From assembly GCA_004431415.1 (NCBI GenBank), contig QPMI01000111.1, positions 1 to 64,000 on the forward strand: DNA of 64,000 bases. The letters run 5' to 3'. Source of the DNA: Cyanophora paradoxa CCMP329. Lineage: Eukaryota; Plantae; Glaucophyta. The notes under the pieces were generated by a model that made no database searches, was not told where the DNA came from, and saw only the letters and a program-made list of their open reading frames with translations. The translations under genes and the position numbers were made by a program. Numbering within the stretch: position 1 is the stretch's first letter; every line of letters begins with the position of its first letter. Positions 59,501-64,000 of this stretch are shown here, piece after piece.

Positions 59501-60864
59501 GCTCGGCGTAGACGGAGGCGCCGGCCGAGCGCGGCCCGCTCCGCGCGCTCCCCGGCTCGCTCCCCGGCTCGCTCCCCGCGCTCCCGGGCGCGACTCGGGG
59601 GCCTCCTGCGCCGCCGCGAGCTCGGGGCGCGCTGCCGCACCGCCTCGGGCACGTAGAGCGCGATGCGCGGGTGCGGCGGCCCCGCGGCGGCGCGCGCGGC
59701 GGTGGGCGGGGGAAGGCGGGGCGGTGGCGGTGGGGCGGGGCGCGGCGAGGAGGAAGGCGCCGGGGAGGGCCGGCACGGGGCCCCTCGAAGTCCCCCCGAG
59801 GTGGCCCCACGCCGAGGCCGCCGCCATCACCTGCGCCCCGTCAGGGCGGCCTGCGGGGCGGGGCGGGGCCGGCGGGCCTGGCCGGGGCGGATGTGGCGGT
59901 CGAGGGCGCCGAGCTCGGCGAGGGGCGCCCCCGCCGTGAAGTAGAGCATCCGGCCCCGCGCCGCCGCCACCGCCTCCGCGAAGGCCGCCCCCTCGCCCGC
60001 CCCTGCCCCCGAGTGGACGACCCCCAAGTGCGCCGCGCTGTATGCCCCCGACGCCAGCATCACCTGCCCCGCCCCTCTCAGCGCCACGCGCCCGCGAGGC
60101 CACCCGGGCGCCGCGCCTTGAGGGACAGCGCCGGCGTCTCCTCGTCGGCGGCGCGGCGCTCCTTCTCCTCGAAGAGCTTCTGCATCTCGAGGGCGCACTG
60201 CCGGCGCTGGTGTCGGCGGGGCGGCCTGGCGGGGCGGGGGCGGGGCGGGACAAACGAGGGAGGCGGCGACGGTGCAGCGGCGGGCGGCGGCCTGCTGCGC
60301 CCGCTCGTCCGCTTCGAGGGCCTCCAGGGGGACGCCCCAGACCGCCTGCCGCGCCTCAGAGGGCCCCCCGCCGGCCCCCGCGCCGCGCGCACGAGGATCG
60401 CGTCCCCGGCGAAGGCGATCGGCACGCCCCCGTACTCGTCGATCACCGCCAGCTGCCGGCTGAAGTACTCTGCCGCAACCACCCCGTCGGCGTCGCCCGC
60501 CGGCGAGTGACAGGCGCCGCCTCGCGCACCATTGATCGTCGTCCACAAGAACTCTACGCCCTCATCGCCCTTCCCCGTGTACAGGTCCGTGAGCTTTGTG
60601 AAGCCTGCGAAGCCCCGGGCCGCACTACGCTTACGGGCCCCGGCATTTCTTTCGACATCTGCGACTCGTCGCACCGGAGAGATCGCTGAAGCAGAAGCAC
60701 CCTATGAATCTCTGACTCTCTCCGCCCGTCGGAAGGCTGTCCCTGTTCGTGCAGCGCTCGTACACCGGCCTGCGGGTGGCCACGGGTTGGCGACGCTCCG
60801 CCGACGCGCACGCGGCGATCCGGTGCGCTCACCTGGGCACGCAGCGCGCGAAGAATGCCTCCAT
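53504..60864 (-). CDS. Soluble adenylyl cyclase-like protein (ADCY10 type): two class III cyclase domains, STAND NTPase and TPR-like tail; many exons, 3' end approximate
   Basis: C1 FCFSDLS|GFTKL...GGVPIAFAGDAIL; C2 LSCD|DKGVV...IGVATGDVFCGLVGS...SAVNRAARLM; IVGRDSE...VEAEAGCGKS; T.GLPQFVQEL; RIDRLPP...VKIAAVIG; LAHHYLAA. Confidence 0.88.
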
Positions 60865-61145
60865 CGCTCGCTGGGCCGGCTGCTCTCTCCACGGCGCTGC
60901 TGTCTCCCTTGCAACGAGCTGCACAGCTTCTGCGTCGCGGAGATAGCTGCTGCGCAACTTGCGAAACGAGCGTGTGAAGGTTGCCGCGCCGCATCCTGTT
61001 ACAAAGTTCGCCGCGAAGCGTTGTGCCTTCCCTGCCGGTACCCCCAACAACCGGGTACCTCTTCCCCCCGAGCGATCAAATTCCAAATCGAAATGTCACA
61101 GTGTACATGTACAGCCCGACGTCTACGTATACAGACGTCGACGCA

Positions 61146-62260
61146 CAAGCAGGGGGGCTCCGCCCCCCCCGCACCCCCCCAGAATTATTCAGAAAACTTG
61201 AAATGACCTTAAGCTTAATGATTTGAATAACTATCTAGAAAGAATGAACAAATGAACATTAGGTTTGATATGATGTTTTGATTTGGAAAACTTGAAAGCA
61301 CTTCGTTGTGCTTCTTGTTTTCTGTTGGCTGGGAGGAAACCGTTGAACCGTTGAACACTTGTTCATGATCACGATCATGTCCAAGCTTGACCTGAACATC
61401 ATGATCGGTCATCAGCATACCATGATATCGGAATCATAATTATAATTACACAAGCAACAAGCGCAAATAAGGCACAGCAGAAGGCATGCTTTGGATTAAT
61501 CTTCAGATTGATATTCCAATCATTGAATGAACATTTTCATTCACAAGAACTTGCTGGCAACACTCTGAGAAGATAATCTTCAAAAAACACTTGCTTGTAC
61601 TTGCAATTGTTGTTTGCTGTTGGCTGAGAGGAAGCACTTGGTTATAAGAAGCTGAAGCTTGACCCAGGCATCATGATCAATTGCAAAAACATGCTTCTGC
61701 AGAAGTGTTTCGAATTCATGCTCAAAGTTTTAACTGATCCGGCACTGAACAGTCAAGTGCACCACAGCATTTGAGAAAGAAAAAAAGAGAAGATAAAGGG
61801 ACTTTCCATTGAAATGACAGCCGGATACACAATTTGAGCCTCGAAACTCCACTTTGTGGCAGATCCTACTGCCACTTACTTCCAAGCTCACTGGCAAGAG
61901 CAGCGGCTGCCACTGGGTTTTTCTAAAAGTCACAGAGTCACACGTCACTCAGTGACTTTTCCTTGTCCTGTTGAACCCATCTCAGTGACCACAGTGAGTC
62001 AAGGCAGCACTGGCAGCCTTCAAGTGCATATCGCATTGAGTATATCAATGAGATGGACAAATCTTCTATTGGCCTGCAATTCACAAGTTCCCCACTTACC
62101 AGACATGCTGGCAAGACTGCTGGCAGCCAGGCCCGACCACCCTTGCATTGAACTCCACTCAGTGAGTTTGACTGTTCGCAGTGCCTAAAATGCTGGCAGT
62201 TTGAGTATGCCGTAGTACTAAACTGCTTTTTCTTCCAGGGGGAACATGGGATAATCTACT
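61146..62260 (-). mobile_element. Probable Helitron-like remnant (3' terminus at 61146; far boundary uncertain)
   Basis: Minus strand ends GGGGGGC-GGA-GCCCCCC-TG-CTTG|T, the same hairpin plus CTTG architecture as units A-C. AT-rich, CpG-poor body with a degenerate internal duplication (about 61297-61410 vs 61586-61680). Confidence 0.45.
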
Positions 62261-62960
62261 ACTGAGCATGCGCAGCCAACGGCGCCGCGGCGGCCGGGCG
62301 GCATCAGCCAGCAACCTCAGAAGGTCACCAAGGCGTACAAGAGTACGTATACGTAGTACTGATCATCGGATCATGCATATGATCATGATACATGATCGAC
62401 ATCGATATCCGGCCATATGCATTCGATTCGGATTCTGGCGCCGGCATGCGCATGCGCACGCATGTGCACGAACTTACTGCGCATGCAGCTGCACAAAACG
62501 ATAAAAACTAGCAAGTGAACATGTACATGTACAAAACGATACACGCGCTACCTGTACCAGGCTGCAGTGCAGCTGCAGCGTGGTCATAGTAGCTATAGCT
62601 TGCGCACTGCGGCATGCGCATCATGGCATGCATATATATGCATGCGCATATGCAGCGGCCGGCGCCAGCAGCGGCCGCGCAGGCGGCGGCTGTGCACGCA
62701 CGTAAACGTGTACACAGCCTGGCAGCCTGGCAGCAGGCGGTTGCGCACTACTACGCGGCACTAGTACGTGTACGTATACGTACGCGGCTGCCAGGCTGTG
62801 GCCATGGCACATGCATATGCAAATATAAGTATACGTATAATATTCGTACGTTTACCTGGGCTTCCGAGGCTTCAAGCTTAAGGCTTAGTCCGACGGTCCT
62901 AGATCTAGATCTAGACATGTACAGCAAAACATGTGCAGCCAGGTTCTCATGATCAAAATT
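62260..62960. other. Tract saturated with short palindromes and inverted triplications
   Basis: At least 15 X-revcomp(X)-X 9-mers counted by eye, e.g. 62444, 62519, 62590, 62771, 62874, 62901, 62947. Confidence 0.9.
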
Positions 62961-63261
62961 CCTACGACCTGGAATGGTGTAAGGGGCCTTCAGCGCAGAT
63001 GTGCTTCAGGAGTAAGGGGTGGGGCTTGTGAGGGGTGGGGAGTAAGGTATGTTGCATCAGGAACAAGTTGATGGGAAAAAAGCACGAGCATCATTTCGAA
63101 TCGATGAGCGAGAAATGACGAAGGGGGAGATATACTGTTCAAGTACAAGCCTGAATTCACGATGTCGACGGGAATGGGATCAGATCCTGCACTACAGCTG
63201 GTACTAGGTCCCGAGGCCAAGAGACGCCGGGTCGTCGACCACGAAGAGCGGAACAATGGAA

Positions 63262-63570
63262 AGGGCATCTGTGGGCGGATATCTCAGATCAAGAAACCGC
63301 TGCGAGAGCCGTCCGGCCGCGCCGCCGGCTCACGGCTTACCTGGCCCAAAGAGCGAGGCCCGCCGGACGAGCCTCGCGGCCGAGCTCTCGATGCGCTTGG
63401 GCGCCCCGCGGGCTGCGGGCGCGCGCTACGGAGGGCATCTGCGGGCGGATATCTCAGAGATCGTTGCGAGAGCCGTCCGGCCGCGCCGCCGGCTCACGGC
63501 CCACCTGGCCCAAAGAGCGAGGCCCGCCGGACGAGCCCCGAGCCCCAGAACGAGCTCTCGATGCGCGCGA
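63262..63570. repeat. 170-bp-period tandem duplication (2 copies)
   Basis: AGGGCATCTGYGGGCGGATATCTCAGA...ACCTGGCCCAAAGAGCGAGGCCCGCCGGACGAGCC...CGAGCTCTCGATGCGC at 63262 and 63432. Confidence 0.9.
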
Positions 63571-63586
63571 TGCGCCAGGCCCAGTT

Positions 63587-63800
63587 TGCGCTAGCTACAT
63601 GCAGGGCCCCAGCATGCGCACGGTCCCCAATCGATATCTGCACCGCGTCTGCGATCTCTGTCTTGAAGCCCGCGGCCGCGCGGGGCCGCCGGAGCTGGAT
63701 CTATGCGCAGATCTATCTAGCCAGTGTCGGCGACGCGTCAGTCGCGCGCGCGGTTACGCGCGCCAGGATGCATAGAGCGCGCTGGGCTGCGTGAACGAGA
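63587..63800 (+). repeat. Dispersed repeat, copy 2 (see 34221-34510)
   Basis: Colinear similarity to 34221-34510. Confidence 0.85.
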
Positions 63801-64000
63801 GCTGCAGCGGACGAGGCTTGTCAACCGGCTAACATCTTGCTCCAAAGAACTACACCCTCTACCCAGATGCCCGCTGCCGGGTACAGAGCCATCAACTTTG
63901 TGGACCTCGGCCAAAATGGCGAGCAAGATTCTGCCGGTTTCCAACGGCGAGTCACACGGAGTGCGCGTAGTGCTTCTATTGCTCGTGCGGAATGCTCCGA

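Noticed and set aside
36763-60253. Very long Arg/Pro/Gly/Ala-rich ORFs in the track (e.g. 36795-40004, 45644-47773, 53467-56925) as single-exon proteins or overlapping antisense genes
   Set aside because: Stop codons are rare at this GC content; these frames read through introns and shift in and out of the true exon frames.
62990-64000. Short minus-strand ORFs (62990-63268, 63738-63944)
   Set aside because: No recognisable motif or splice pattern, and they are interrupted by repeats; possibly degraded TE coding sequence.

Overview
Eukaryotic nuclear DNA, very GC-rich, gene-dense and packed with introns of about 50-70 nt. The host is most likely a flagellated primary-plastid alga such as a glaucophyte (inference from a cyanobacterial-type RecA with transit peptide, an RWP-RK factor, CatSper2 and Mdm10). 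Layout: (1) 1-15.0 kb is the 5' part of an unusually long Ty3/Gypsy-like LTR retrotransposon on the minus strand, with about 11 kb of unrecognised coding sequence between the Gag zinc knuckle and the protease. (2) 15.8-47.8 kb holds about 15 spliced host genes, many in head-to-head pairs: CATSPER2, cathepsin C, a thioredoxin-fold protein, LRRC74-like, C1orf74-like, MDM10-like, a DnaJ-type zinc finger, TFIIA-gamma, an alpha/beta hydrolase, MORN5, TSR3, RWP-RK, a multipass membrane protein, plastid RecA and a cNMP-binding protein. (3) 48.4-53.4 kb is a repeat nest: three head-to-tail Helitron-like units with two nested hAT MITEs carrying perfect 8-bp TSDs. (4) 53.5-60.9 kb is an ADCY10/sAC-like adenylyl cyclase. 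(5) 61-64 kb is repeat-derived DNA. Main discovery: non-coding DNA is saturated with 3-bp inverted triplications, X-revcomp(X)-X, and comparison of repeat copies inside the window shows these arise as insertions. This points to a specific hairpin or template-switch mutational process. Second, roughly 40-50% of the introns fixed in the three genes analysed in detail use GC donors (GCCCGC/GCGCGC) that barely match canonical U1. Exon boundaries were read by eye, and several single-base frameshifts look like assembly errors.
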